This document shows, piece after piece, positions 23,594 to 36,860 of a stretch of DNA of 64,000 bases. The number at the start of each line of letters is the position of its first letter. Positions within the stretch are counted from its first letter, which is position 1. The stretch is from Pecten maximus (Eukaryota): contig NC_047025.1 of the NCBI RefSeq assembly GCF_902652985.1, positions 6,572,001 to 6,636,000 of the forward strand, read 5' to 3'. The translations under genes were made by a program, and so were the position numbers. The notes beneath the pieces were generated by a model, which saw nothing but the letters and a program-made list of their open reading frames with translations, did no database searches and was not told where the DNA came from.

Positions 23594-26500
23594 TCATACT
23601 GTTTCTGTCCAATCTTCCCTTGCCCAGTCAGGCAATGGTGTCTCATACTCCCACTTTGGCCCCTGTAACCAGAAGTAAAACACAAAAGTTTTATTAATAT
23701 ACATAACAAATGTAGATCAATATTACTTCATAGATTATGGAGGAAATGTTCAACAGAAACCACATAAGTTGTAGGGGTGAGATTCTCAAAAACCTGACTT
23801 TCCAGAAAATTTGTATTAATCAGTTGGATATACAATGTAAATAGTGAAAAAAATAATTATGTAAAATCTATCAAAATCATAAGCATCTGGGTAGCACATG
23901 ACATACCTGTAGAATATAATTAGCCAGATGAATTACTGTAATTAAGGAAATGAATAAGTCTTTAAACATATGGAACAAAATGCACTCAACAAATTACAGG
24001 ACATAATGGCTACTTCAGCAATTGCTATGATTGTTCATCAATAATGATTATATTATGACACTGCCCCTCTCCCCCAATACTGACAAACACCAAGCTTTGG
24101 TCATGTGACCATATGACCACTATTGAGATGCCACAGATAGTCACAGATTTTGCTCTTTCAAGAATTTCTCAACAGACTCCAGAAAATGTGAAATATTTCA
24201 ATATATATAACTCATCTACGATATTAGTGATTATCATTGACATAAAATTTAATTCACATTTTCAAAAAAAAAAAAAAAAAGTTTGAAAGTCTTAAAAACT
24301 TGATATTTTCTAACAAATTAAAACTATAATGATTGAAATAATTAAAAGGTGTTTAAAATAATTATTAAACAATGTTAGTTAATGTGTCCCATATAGGTAG
24401 TCACCTTGTATTTAAGAGCGTGAAGGTACATGATCATATCAGCTGGCTCTGGATCTCTGAAACTCTTCTTACAGTAGAAGCATTTTTCATCAGGTACCCA
24501 TTTCTGTGGGTCAAATTTTGGTTTTTCAGCTGTCACTACAGGAGAAGCCTGTCCACACTTGTCAGAGCTCAATCCTTCGGTTGGTGTATCATTATCAAAG
24601 TCACTGTTAACAAGTTTACATCGTTTAGCTTTAGGTTCTTCCTCAGGTAAGTATGTCCTAGTAAGTACAGATGAATTTGAAGCTTCTTCCTCACACAGAT
24701 TTTCATCAGAAGTTTTTCCCTCACACTGATTGGAACTTGAAGCCTCACTTTGATTTAACCTACAATCACTTTCCTGAGAAGAATTAGATTGATAAGCTTT
24801 ATTGTGAAAATGAGAAGAATCTGCCTCTCCTTGATGTTTGACATTTGTGTGATCAGCCTGTGCTTTCATCTCCTCCAGTCTTTTCTTAAATAATAGGTTA
24901 TCTCCTTCAACCCATAAACCAGTGTTGTGATTTTCTCTAAAAGATTTCACAATCTGTAATATGGAAAAACAACATTTTTTTAACTATTCAAGTATTAAAT
25001 TAAGTATCTACATGTATGTCTAAAACAAATTAATTGTGCAATACATGACAGTTTAATGAATTACTCTAGATCTCCTCTACCGAATGTTTTACGTTGATGT
25101 AGGTCAACCTACATTCTATATACGACAACCATAACCCATGTATGAAATTCAAGTGAAATTTTGGCGTGTTTAATTTTGGCTCATTCACCCCAGGCGGCAA
25201 ATAAACCAAAATATAACCACATCCAAAATATCCCAAAGTATGGTATAGTGTAGGAGATAGAGCTCAAACAAGATCAAGTATGGGAGGTTAGGACAGACAG
25301 AAGGATGGACGGACAAAATGCAAAACTTCAGTCCTCCACCTATCCCCTCCCCTGTCCCGTTTTTGTTGGGGGACTAATTAAACCATTTCTAAGAAAAGAT
25401 AAGTGTTTCAGGCATTCTAGACAAAGCATATTCCATATTTGTGGCCAATTAAAGTATTATTGCCAGCAATATATTCAGAAATTTTATAGCTTCAAACTGA
25501 ACATTCATAAACTTTTACCTCTGTCAAAGATTTTTCCAGAATGCCACCTTTACCGTTGTTTGGACCAAAGCAGCCTTCGTTATACATGGGGTCATTTTTT
25601 ATTGGAAAGCCTTCAATCAAAGAACAACATATTAATAATTTACATCCTATCTCTATCAAGCATGGCTCAATTAGAGATGAAGTGACAATCTCTCACAGTA
25701 TATACATTTCAGTTGAAGTTAATGTCTGGGAACAATTAGAAAGTCTTTAATAGAAAGTCTAGAAACAATAGAAAGTCTAGGAACAATAGAAAGTCTGTGA
25801 ACAATAGAAAGTCTGGAAACAATAGAAAGTCTGGGAACAATAAAAGTCTGGGAATAATAAAAAGTCTGGGAACAATAGATGGATATACAGTACCTACTAA
25901 TGATATACAAAATCTGTGTATTGGTTACCTACCAAGGTACTGCAGGTGAAGTCGGATCTGGTGAGTTCTGCCGGACTGTGGCAAGCCTTAAATAAATACA
26001 TTCATGCAAAATGAGGAAAATAATAAATGTTACCATGCAACAACAGATACACTATACCTCCTTCTACTTAATAAACCAAACATTTATGGAATTATATCAC
26101 TGATTTAATTTATTTGACAGGTAATGTCATCAGTACAAGCATTGTCTTGCTCGTTCAAAACAGATAAATATTTTTGAAGTATGTACTTTGTCAAAAAAAA
26201 AGGAACAAAGGGATGGAACATCAGATACAGCTGAAAAAGGACTATTTTAGAATTGATGATTCTGAAAAAAATGAAGAAGGGACTTTATTATGAGGGCAGA
26301 GGCTTGTGGATAAGGGCTTTATTATGAGGGCAGAGGCTTGTAGATAGGGGCTTATTTGAGGACAGGGCTTATTTGTGGGTAAATATCTTAATAAGCCAAA
26401 AACTTACACCTGATCAAACTGGACGTTCCATTGTAGCTGATGAATTCAAACACAGTTTTGCTGGCCTTACCGCCTGGTACCACACCATACAAACTGTCTT

Positions 26501-29500
26501 TGGAAGACAGGACACCTAATGGTTGATCGCACTCTATGACACCTCTGAAAACAAAGATATGGTATTACTATTATTAGCTAATTTATTACTACAACTGATT
26601 TTAAAGTCTGAAAACACAGGTATTACTTAAAGGGGCTTGAGTAAAGTCTAGGTTGTCAAAATTAAACTTACCGGAAAATAGGTATTCTTTCCAAATAGTA
26701 AAAGTTTTAATCTTTAGATTAATAATTTAAAAGCAGTGATACTCTCAAGATAAACCAAAGTTCTTCGAGTATTAAGTCCTGAAAATTCTTAATTCGACTC
26801 GAAGTAACACAAATCACAGCAAAAAAAAACAAGAGGCCCATGGGGCCTGTATCGCTCACCTGGTTGGATTAGACCAAATGTTGAAATAATATTCATATTC
26901 AAATTGTTTTATTTGTAAAACTCTAACAATGCTATATATGGTTATAGTGTGGGAATCCGAACTGCTTTAAAGATTAATGAAGTCCAGACTCTCTTAGGTC
27001 TGAAAGACCTCAAGAATTGTTTATAGAACATGCATTCATCACTTTATGACTAGTAGCGATTTAAAGGAATTACCTCTATTTCACCTATTGGGCCCGCCCC
27101 TTTGGCCATTCGGGGGTCAGAGTCACCATTTATGCAAAATCTGTTCCCCTGTTTCTCACCAAATTGGGTTCAAATCCATTCATAACTTGATGACTAGTAG
27201 CGATTCAAAGGAATTACCTCTATTTCCCCCACTGGGCCCCTCCCTTTTGACTCCTTTAGGGTCAGAGCCACCATTTATGCAAAATCTGTTCCCCTTCCCC
27301 CAAGGATGTTTCTGACCAAATTGGGTTCAAATCCCTTCATAACTTTATGACTAGTAGAGATTTAGAGGAATTACCTCTATTTCCCATATTTGGCCCCGCC
27401 CCTTTGGCCCCTCGGGGGTCAGAATCACCATTTACGCAAAATCTGTTCCCCTTTCCCCAAGGATGTTTCTGACCAAATTGGGTTCAAATCCATTCATAAC
27501 TTTATGACTAGTAGTGATTTAAAGAAATTGCCTCTATTACCCCTATTGGGCCCGCCCCTTTGGCCCCTCGGGGGTCAGAGCCACCATTTATGCAAAATCT
27601 TTTCCCCTTCCCCCAAGAATGTTTCTGACCAAGTTGGGTTCAAATCCATTCATAACTTTATGACTAGTAGAGATTTAGAGGAATTACCTCTATTTCCCAT
27701 ATTTGGCCCCGCCCCTTTGGCCCCTCGGGGGTCAGAATCACCATTTATGCAAAATCTGTTCCCCTTTCCCCAAGGATGTTTCTGACCAAATTGGGTTCAA
27801 ATCCATTCATAACTTTATGACTAGTAGTGATTTAAAGAAATTACCTCTATTACCCCTATTGGGCCCCGCCCCTTTGGCCCCTCGGGGGTCAGAGCCACCA
27901 TTTATGCAAAATCTTTTCCCCTTCCCCCAAGGATGTTTCTGACCAAGTTGGGTTCAAATCCATTCATAACTTTATGACTAGTAGCGATTTAGAGGAATTA
28001 CCTCTATTTCCCATATTTGGCCCCGCCCCTTTAGCCCCTGTGGGGTCAGAGCCACCATTTATGCAAAATCTGTTCCCCTTCCCCCAAGGATGTTTCTGAC
28101 CAAATTGGGTTCAAATCCATTCATAACTTGATGACTAGTAGTGATTTAAAGGAATTACCTCTATTACCCATATTTGGCCCCGCCCCTTTGGCCCCTCGGG
28201 GGTCAGAGCCACCATTTATGCAAAATCTCTTCCCCTTCCCCCCAAGGATGTTTCTGACCAAATTGGGTTCAAATCCATTCATAACTTTATGACTAGTAGT
28301 GATTTAAAGGAATTACCTCTATTTCCCCTATTGGGCCCCGCCCCTTTGGCCCCTTGGGGGTCAGAGCCACCATTTATGCAAAATCTCTTCCTCTTCCCCC
28401 AAGGATGTTTCTGACCAAATTGGGTTCAAATCCATTCTTAACTTTATGACTAGTAGCGATTTAAAGGAATTACCTCTATTTCCCCTATTGGGCCCCACCC
28501 CTTTGGCCCCTCGGGGGTCAGAATCACCATTTATGCAAAATCTGTTCCCCTTCCCCCAAGGATGTTTCTGACCAAATTGGGTTCAAATCCATTCATAACT
28601 TTATGACGAGTAGCGATTTAAAGGAATTACCTCTATTTCCCCTATTGGGCCCCGCCCCTTTGGCCCCTCAGGGGTCAGAGTCAACATTTATGCAAAATCT
28701 GTTCCCATTCTGCCAAGAATGTTTCTGACCAAATTTGGTCAAAATCCAATAAGAACTTTATGACTAGTAGAGATTTGAAGCAAATGTTGACGGACGGACG
28801 ACGGACGGACGACGGACGTTGCGCCATGGCATAAGCTCACCGGACCTTCGGTCCAGGTGAGCTAAAAACATACAGTATTTGTATACAATACACTTTTTTC
28901 CTGTACATTTCGGTGTTAATTTCATTACTTATAGGCACAAACACTTGTATAATCATCATTCTGATATAGATTTCGTCAATAGATATTATGCATGCTTCTG
29001 ATATGCAAACGAAGGAATGCCCCGTTAATACAACTTACAATCTGAAAGCATACTAGGTATTACTTATAATGACCACTTATAATCTGTTGTAAAGTCAAGA
29101 AACAGATTCCTATGTCTTGAGGAATAATTCTTCCCATGAGAATATGTATATATATGACACAGTTTGGTGAGGATCGCATCAGCATATTCCAGAATTATGT
29201 GTGGGAGGCTCCAGTATCAAAATTTGATGGGTGGTGAGGAAAAAGCCCCATTTGTCTAGATATATAATTTACTAAATATGTTTTAATATTTGATGGGTGG
29301 TGAGGAAAAAAAGTCCTATTTTTCTAGATTTATAATTTTACTAAAATATGTTTTAATATTTGATTGGTTGTGGGTCTCTGAAAATATTTCCCCACCCCTT
29401 CCACATGGATAATTTTGGAACATCCCTAATGAAAACTGCTACAATAATATGGTTTAAAACTGGAAATATTTTACTGCTGATTTTGGTGTTTTTTTTAACT

Positions 29501-32500
29501 GATTACAGATCTCAATCCTATTCACAGTTGAATGTACAAAGTTAACATGAAATGAAGTTTTATAAGTCGGTTGAAAATCTTGGGTATTATATTTTTCTAT
29601 AACCTGAAAATTTCTATGAATATATCTAGTATGTAAAATATCCAATTTTTAAAGCAGTCATGATTTACTCTCAGAGATGGTTTTTGATAAATTACAATTG
29701 AAAGTGGAAAATGCATGAAAGGAATGTTATACAGTAGAAAGTCTCTGGCAAATAGAAAAACTAGAAAATGTCTGTAAGACACAAATGATTAGCTAGTAAC
29801 ATTGCATTTGCATCAGGATGGGAGGGACATGGATAACACTATATGCCCCCCCCCCCCCCCAACCATTTCATGGCGGGGGCATAACAAGATTAGCCATTGA
29901 TTCTTTTCAATACCACACACAGGGAATCCCAACACTAAACAGCATATAGAACATCATACTTTTTTTCAAATTGAATTGCCAAAGTCTGCATATATAGTAA
30001 GATAATTGTTATGTCACAAACTTTTATGAAAGTGTTTTGATATGAAAGCTCATGACTTTCCACTGATTGCCATCATTAATCTAACACTGTTCTAAGACTT
30101 ACTCGGGGAATTTCCCTTTAACTCTTGCTAGATATTCCTTCTGAACCCTCCTTTGAAGAATATCATCCTCCATCTCACGAGTTTTTTCTGCAGACTTGGC
30201 CATGATAAGGAGTCCTGAAGTAAGCCGGTCCAGACGGTATATTGCTGCAGACATAGCAAATAACTGTAATCTTTTCATATAATTCAATTATTAACGATTT
30301 TTAAAATGGATCTAAATAATGAATTGGCTAAAGACATAAAGAAATCTTTTCAAAAATTATTATTTTACAAAACTTTATAATAGTTAAACATTCTCATCCT
30401 TGCCTTTCTACATCCTCCATGTATTATGACATGATACATACCAGTATTTGTTTTCATTTGAATTTTAATTAATAGAAAAAAAAATGTCACAAATTAAAAG
30501 ATAAGATTAAATGCAAATCATAAATATTTCTGTTGAACATATTTAAACAAGTTTTTATAAGATCATGAATATTCATTTGTATTAACAAAATCAATGTTCA
30601 ACTTCTTTGAATTTAGATTTAAAATTTATCTTCAATTTGTGAAAGATAAAAATTCTTGGAAAACATGTCCACATTTTTGCCAATATATTCAAGGGTATAT
30701 ATAATGTACATAATTACATGTATTTACTTTGGTTGTAAACAGGAACAAAAGGCCCAATTGAACTGTATTGCTCACCTGTTCTGTAGCTATGATGATTTGT
30801 ATTAACATTAAATTTAAAGTTACTTTAAATTGTGTCATTGATGCAGATCCTTTAATCAAAATTTTGTTTTTTAATGAACAAATTTGATATCCCTTCATCT
30901 CAGTATACTACAAACCCAATACCAGGAACATGGGTCTCTTCATGGTTATTGAGAAATATTTTTTTTACACATTTTAAACATGTGACTTTAAAAGGTCAAG
31001 ATCATACTATATGATTAACCTTTTAGCTCATAAACCCAGCATGTTACGGGCCCAATATTTTAACCCTTGTGCCTCTTCGTTTTTTTTAATTTGGAAAAAA
31101 AAAAAAAAAAAAAATTGCAAAAAAATGAAAAAAAGAAAAAAAGCATTGAAAATTTCCAATACTTTATCAAGCATTGTTCAAAATATTGATATGGAGTTTC
31201 TGTAAGACCTACTTCGCAGATTAGTGTATCCCAGATCTTTGCCGAGGATGAAGGGGATGGAGTTGAAGCGGTATCTTCCACAGGGGTGGACGGGGATAGA
31301 GGACGGTTTGTTTATCACAATAACATTTTCATCATCTGTCACAATCTCCAAAGGAGTCCCGATCACTGGGTTCTCATGTCTGTCAAAATAATCAAGATAA
31401 CGATGTACAAAATTGTCTTCATACAAATACCAATACATGTACTAAATTGTTTCAATTTTTTTGTTGAAGTTTATTTCTATTACCTGTTTATTATTTACCT
31501 GTGTGTTTCTGGTTACTTATATACCAGGTAATCATGTCTACCTGAATGTGTATTTGAATGAATTGATAGGCTGTATATTTTGGTTACCTTTGTATTTCAA
31601 TTACCCTTGTGTTTCGATTACCTGCGTATTTTGATTACCTGTATATTTTGATTACCTGTGTATTATTTTGATTACCTGTATATTTTGATTACCTGGGTAT
31701 TTTGACTACCTGTATATTTTGATTATCTGTATATTTTGATTACCTGTGTATTTTGATAACCTGTATATTATTTTGATTACCTGTATATTTTGATTACCTG
31801 TGTATTTTGATTACCTGTATAATTAATTTGATTACCTGTGTATTTTGATTACCTGCATGATTTGATTACCTGTATAATTTGAATACCTGTGTATTTTGAT
31901 TACCTGTGTATTTTGATTACTGTGTATTTTGATTACCTGTATAATTTGATTACCTGTGTATTTTGATTACCTGTATGATTTGATTACCTGACAGTTTATT
32001 TTGATTACCTGTGTATTTCAATTACCTGTATATTTTGCAATTGATTACCTGTATATTTTGATTACCTGTATAATTTGATTACCTGTGTATTTTGATTACC
32101 TGTATGATTTAATTACCTGACAGTGTATTTCAATTACCTGTGTATTTTGATTACCTGTATATTTTGATTACCTGTGTATTTTGATTACCTGTATGATTTA
32201 ATTACCTGACAGTGTATTTTGATTACCTGTGTATTCGATGTGATAAAAAATCATTATCCTTCAATATTTTGTCTGTAGTGACCACTTCACCATTTAATGA
32301 AATGTCTCCATCTTGAAGAATTTCTTCCTAGAAAATCATAAAATACATTTTCCAATTAGACAAACGATCAAGACTAGTATCAAATAAAATGGTACATAAT
32401 CTGTTACAACATTAATGTAAACACTCAATACAAGGAAAAAATGGCACCTCAAATCATTGCCATGAAAAACAAACAATGCAAACAATAACCAAAAAACCGA

Positions 32501-35500
32501 AACTATGAGTATGTATCCTCACTTTTGGGCTGCAATTTTTATGAAACTTTTACTATCATAGGAAATAGGACTTAAATCTCTTATAAAGCAAACTCTAGCC
32601 AAGGTATATGTATATGTTTGTGTCTGTATTAAGAGTTTGAGTTTCAAGCTGAAAGCATTTTACTCACAAATAAAACATAAGTTTGTCTTATATTTCTGTT
32701 GATTCTCAAGCTGCAGTAGAAAAACGGGTCTCACTCTTTCTTCCTCAACCCCAACCCTCCTCCCCTCTCACTTTTTCCTGACACACACTCTCTCTCTCTG
32801 ATTCCTAAATGAGATACATGTGAACCATCACATGCACTGTCATCAACTACTTTATTGGACATAAGGGGTCTTTTCCATGCAAGGTGGACAGTTCTCACGC
32901 AGGACACCGATTTAAGTCCAATCTAAATGTTATATTGAAAAGGAATGCTGGTTGCCGACATGTTTCGGCCTAAGGTAGGCCGTCCTCAGGGCACAGTTTA
33001 CATAGTACAGTGTTACATGATGTACAGGTAGTGGTAAGTGGAGACAATGGAGGTCATGTGATAATAACAAGACATTATGACGTCATCAATAAGTTGCCTT
33101 GGCAAATTATTGATGACAACATTTAGATACCTGGATTCAGGAGTTGGCACTTTTCTTTTTATTTTGTTATTTACCTGGATTGTTTAAGAGGCCTCTGTAT
33201 CTACTATGGATCCTCCTGGAACCAAGCGATGAAACAAAGCATCTTTTTGAACTCTGCAGGATGTTGGTTCTTAGAGAATTTCTCCTTAGGGAGAATTTTT
33301 TTCTCTTCTGATTTTAATTCCAATCTGACAGACTGAATGTTACAAGTTTATTGGTTAGAATTGTGCCAGTGCATTAACTTTTATTTTTGATCTAAATATC
33401 AATAAAATGCATAATACATACCATGCTCTTAGTTTTGTCCTCACCGTCCACTTGAAATTCTTTTAAAACCTTGACGAGAGAGTGACCTACCCAACGTCTC
33501 TTGACATGGGACTCAAACTTAAAGTAGTAGGGGTACACTTTCCTTAAACCTACAAAAACCAAAACCGCAAACAAGATTTCAAAGTTAATACATGCATTGT
33601 CAATAGATATTGCATACACCTGTCCAGAACTTTTTAGATTATACACAAAATATGTTCTCTTACATAACATACATGTATTATGTCATTCATGGGCAAAGTT
33701 GTACTGCAGGAAAATTAAATTATTGACAAGTGATACCTGGCCTGCTTGATGAGGATGGCCTTGTTGATGAGGATTTGATGTGCAAAAATGACCTTGAACT
33801 GATGGGCAATGACAAGAAACTCAAAACTTGCTAACTTTCTCACTTGTGATTTTTTTTTTTTTTTTTTTTTTAATTTAGTTAATTTCATGCAATATTTCTA
33901 GATTGTATATCAATCCTATGTTTTCAGGAAAACTTGATGTACAGAAGGATGCCATGACATGATGTAATTTGTATTGATTAAATCAAATGATTATTATAAG
34001 CTCTGAACCTAAATGTTTTCACCTTGGAACAAGTGATCTAAAAATTTAGAGATACTCGTGGGATACTGGTGCCCGCATCAAATGATCTGTATTCTGCTTC
34101 CTCTCTTCAGCCATACTCACAGGGGCTTGGCATGATTTTCCAAATGATGGTCCATATATATCCTTAGACACTATAATACATACATATATATATGGACCGT
34201 CATTTGGAAAATCGTGTCAAGCCCCTGTGGCCATACTAATAAGGAGTCATTTGGTAATGCACCACGTTGTTTTGGTTTAAAGTGTCCTTTCAAACTGAGT
34301 ACTTATTGATAAGGCAGATCTCAATGTTTAGAAAGAATTTGATATTCTAATAATTCATTTCCCGCTGAGAAATCTTGAAATATCTATCAAGACATTTTCC
34401 AGAATGACTGCCTAGCTATTGTCCTAAAAAAATGTGATTGTTTGTCAGAAGGCTTCATAAACCAAGATTATACACTTAACTGGTATGTTTGATTCATGAA
34501 TTAGTCTAGATACATATAATATGTGGACTAACCGTTCTCGTAATAATAGTCTGTCAATCCAAAGTAGTCTGTAGAAAATCCAGGATTACTATTCTTTGTC
34601 AGAGATTGGACTCTTGCTGCTTTCCTTTTTGCCTTATTGATCTCGTTTCTTTTCATCTGGAAGAACATATAATTACACATATACACCAGGTAAATGTAGA
34701 AAGCAATTAAATATATACTAGATGAACATAATTGATAAAACCTATATTTGTTTGTTTGCTGGGTTTATCGCCTTGTTAACAGCAATGGTCATTTTGAGGC
34801 AAGGTGTTCTTGTAGTAGTTGGTGGCTACCTCACTGAACAACATACGGAAGGCCCATCGAATGCCATCCAGAGCAATTAGGGTAAAGTGCCTTGCCCAAG
34901 GACACAACCACAACAGCATGCAGACCGACCTCTTTCTCAGTTTCCCGAAAAAGACTAACATACACTGAAAGGGACCTGATGTTTTACATGGCCGGTGCTC
35001 TAACCGACTGAGCTATATAGTAACATATATCATTTGTAATTAGTTTAACTCATCATTAAGAACTTATTTATCAACATTTTTAAACAATATCTTATGTACA
35101 TACAAACGAACCGAGAAAAAAAAAAGCCCACAGAAATATGATACAGGATTGCCCAAAGAGATTAAAGTAGTTTTGGCCAATAAATCTATTCTGGCAATAC
35201 TAATTATGACTATACTTATTGATGGAAATGAAATCAATGTTATTTGAAACCATCAGACAATGCATGTGCAATATAAACGAAAATAATTCTGTCGATGAAA
35301 ATGTCTGCCTTGAGTTATAACTAGACCGAATGATTCTACGCATCATCCACTATATGATATCCGGAGTATATTTTATTAATCAGAGTAGATAGAGAACATC
35401 AGAACCATTTGGCTCTAACATGCAACCTCTCACCAGTTAACGTTACAGATATCAATATCCTTGTACCTGCCTGTGATCAGCTGGTAAGCTAATTTAGGTG

Positions 35501-36537
35501 ACGTACATATGCATGTATATATATACTCTACTTTCACACATGAACAGAACAACATTAAAATATACATTAGTACAAAGTGGTATTTATGTAACAGGAGAAG
35601 AAAAATGAGGTAGATGTGTTTCTGTTCTGCAATAAATATATGATTAGCCTGAGTTTCCTAACCCTTGAACCATGTCTGGTAGGGCAAGATAGGAAAACGT
35701 GGAATCCGACACCATTTGATGTCGCTAAGATTTTGGTGCAAACACAATAAAATCTGGTGTGACATAGCACCTTCAATTCCTTACATATCTGGATGAATGA
35801 GATATTTATTTTATCCAAAAACATCTGTTTAGTCCCATAATGGTTTTCTATTTCATTTGTATATAGAGTATAGACCACGTTTACAGACATGGTGTCAAGG
35901 CCAGAGGAAACTCGGGCCAATATATACTGTATGCATATTGTCAAATTGGTTCTGATGACAGCATATGCTAGCTGCGATAACCCTAGCTCTGTACGACGGA
36001 CAGACAATTTCTGACAGAGGGTCGTCGTCAGAGAGCAATGTAGACAGGGTATGAATATTCGTTCTAAGCATATGTCTCACTGTCAAAACTAGTCAACATT
36101 TGAATTAAAGCCGAGAAACATAGCCCTGTACATGTAGTCTACACCAGACTGAGACATGGTGTCTGGGCCAGAGGAAACTCGGGTTATAATGAGAAACTAT
36201 GCTAGACATTATGGTCATCTTTCTTCTAATATTGTCGAATAGTGTGTGCCCTAGGGCTGTTTGTGATCCTCATTAAATAAATAAAAAAATAGAACAATAG
36301 TGTGTGATATAATTGACCTATTACCCTCTTCAGTGCTCGCTTGGAGAGTCCCATAGGATTTGCAACTATATCCTTCGTCTTATCGTTTACTTTTTTCGTA
36401 TCATTAGGACTGTTCAACTTGTCAGCGAGTTCAAACTCATCGTTTTTATCTGTATCAGTTAGTGTGGCTGGGACAGATGTTACTGTCGATTCATCTTCCA
36501 TCTTTTGGTCGACCACATCTTTTTGAGAACTAGCCAT
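23594..36537 (-). CDS. RPUSD2: RluA-family RNA pseudouridine synthase, RPUSD2-like (~591 aa, 11 coding exons)
   Basis: Exons 36537-36325, 34656-34533, 33549-33422, 32327-32227, 31379-31213, 30244-30103, 26544-26408, 25986-25933, 25610-25519, 24953-24405, 23662-23594 join in frame (1776 nt). Motifs: [47 protein letters not shown] (catalytic Asp), [42 protein letters not shown]. Confidence 0.92.
25722..25880. repeat. Minisatellite, ~18-19 bp unit (AAAGTCTGGGAACAATAG), ~8 copies
   Basis: Directly visible; lies in an RPUSD2 intron. Confidence 0.85.
26828..28867 (-). mobile_element. Non-autonomous Helentron/HINE (pearl/DINE-like) element with internal 157-bp tandem array
   Basis: One end is AACAAGAGGCCCATGGGGCC..GCTCACCTG (short hairpin plus subterminal IR). 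The other end is a (GACG)n microsatellite plus the hairpin AGCTCACCGGACCTTCGGTCCAGGTGAGCT. Eleven ~157-bp units lie between 27047 and 28761. Confidence 0.75.
31575..32235 (-). repeat. Minisatellite, ~17 bp unit (TACACAGGTAATCAAAA on -), ~35 copies, derived from the RPUSD2 exon 4 splice donor
   Basis: The first unit overlaps the real junction ATACACAG|GTAATC at 32227/32226. Confidence 0.9.
32953..32993 (-). ncRNA. Minimal type I hammerhead ribozyme motif (Penelope-like-element type)
   Basis: Minus strand reads UGCC-CUGAGGA-C-GGCCU-ACCUU-AGGCC-GAAAC-AU-GUC|GGCA: complete core, stem I UGCC/GGCA, stem II GGCCU/AGGCC, palindromic stem III ACAUGU, GUC cleavage triplet. Confidence 0.7.
34118..34229. 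mobile_element. 112-bp fold-back MITE with 8-bp TSD
   Basis: TIRs CACAGGGGCTTG...CAAGCCCCTGTG, inverted over ~43 bp; GCCATACT duplicated at 34110-34117 and 34230-34237. Confidence 0.85.
34748..35017 (-). mobile_element. tRNA-derived CORE-type SINE
   Basis: Head TAGCTCAGTCGGTTAGAGC, CORE-like CTTGGGCAAGGCACTTTACCCT, (AAAC)n tail; same family as 38397-38727, 43208-43391 and 44198-44505. Confidence 0.75.
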
Positions 36538-36789
36538 TATATTTCTTGGTTGAATATCAGTTTTTGAGATTTTTTTACGACACCAATTTCTAATCGGAAA
36601 CTTGTTTGTGAAATATTTCACATAGTTCAAAAGCACTAGTCTCATGTAAAATGGTGGACATGTATTTCAATCAAAGTAATGCAAACGAACTACATGTCGT
36701 TAAATTACACAGAATTAAAACGATTAATCCGTAAAATCCAATGTATCAAGAGGCTAATTCGCCTATCATCGATAACGTGCATCTTTCAT

Positions 36790-36860
36790 GGGCGCAGACA
36801 TCTTGAAAAGTAAACTTCCGGCTACTTTCATTCTTGATTCTAGCGTACTTCCGGTAGGAC
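36790..36860. promoter_or_regulatory. Putative bidirectional promoter of RPUSD2 and CLPTM1L
   Basis: Two ETS/GABPA-type ACTTCCGG sites (36814-36821, 36847-36854) and a YY1-like GACATCTT (~36797) lie between divergent start codons 760 bp apart. Probable non-coding CLPTM1L exon 1 donor AAG|GTAGG near 36929. Confidence 0.55.

Noticed and set aside
25722-25880. A third splice-site-derived array
   Set aside because: The unit has an acceptor-like TTCCCAG on the coding strand but does not overlap or match either flanking junction (25933, 25610).
27046-27942. Pro/Leu-rich ORFs
   Set aside because: They are translations of the 157-bp satellite inside an RPUSD2 intron.
36538-36645. Upstream in-frame ATG extending the RPUSD2 N-terminus
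   Set aside because: Possible, but unsupported without transcript data; MASSQ at 36537 has a better context (ATAATGG).
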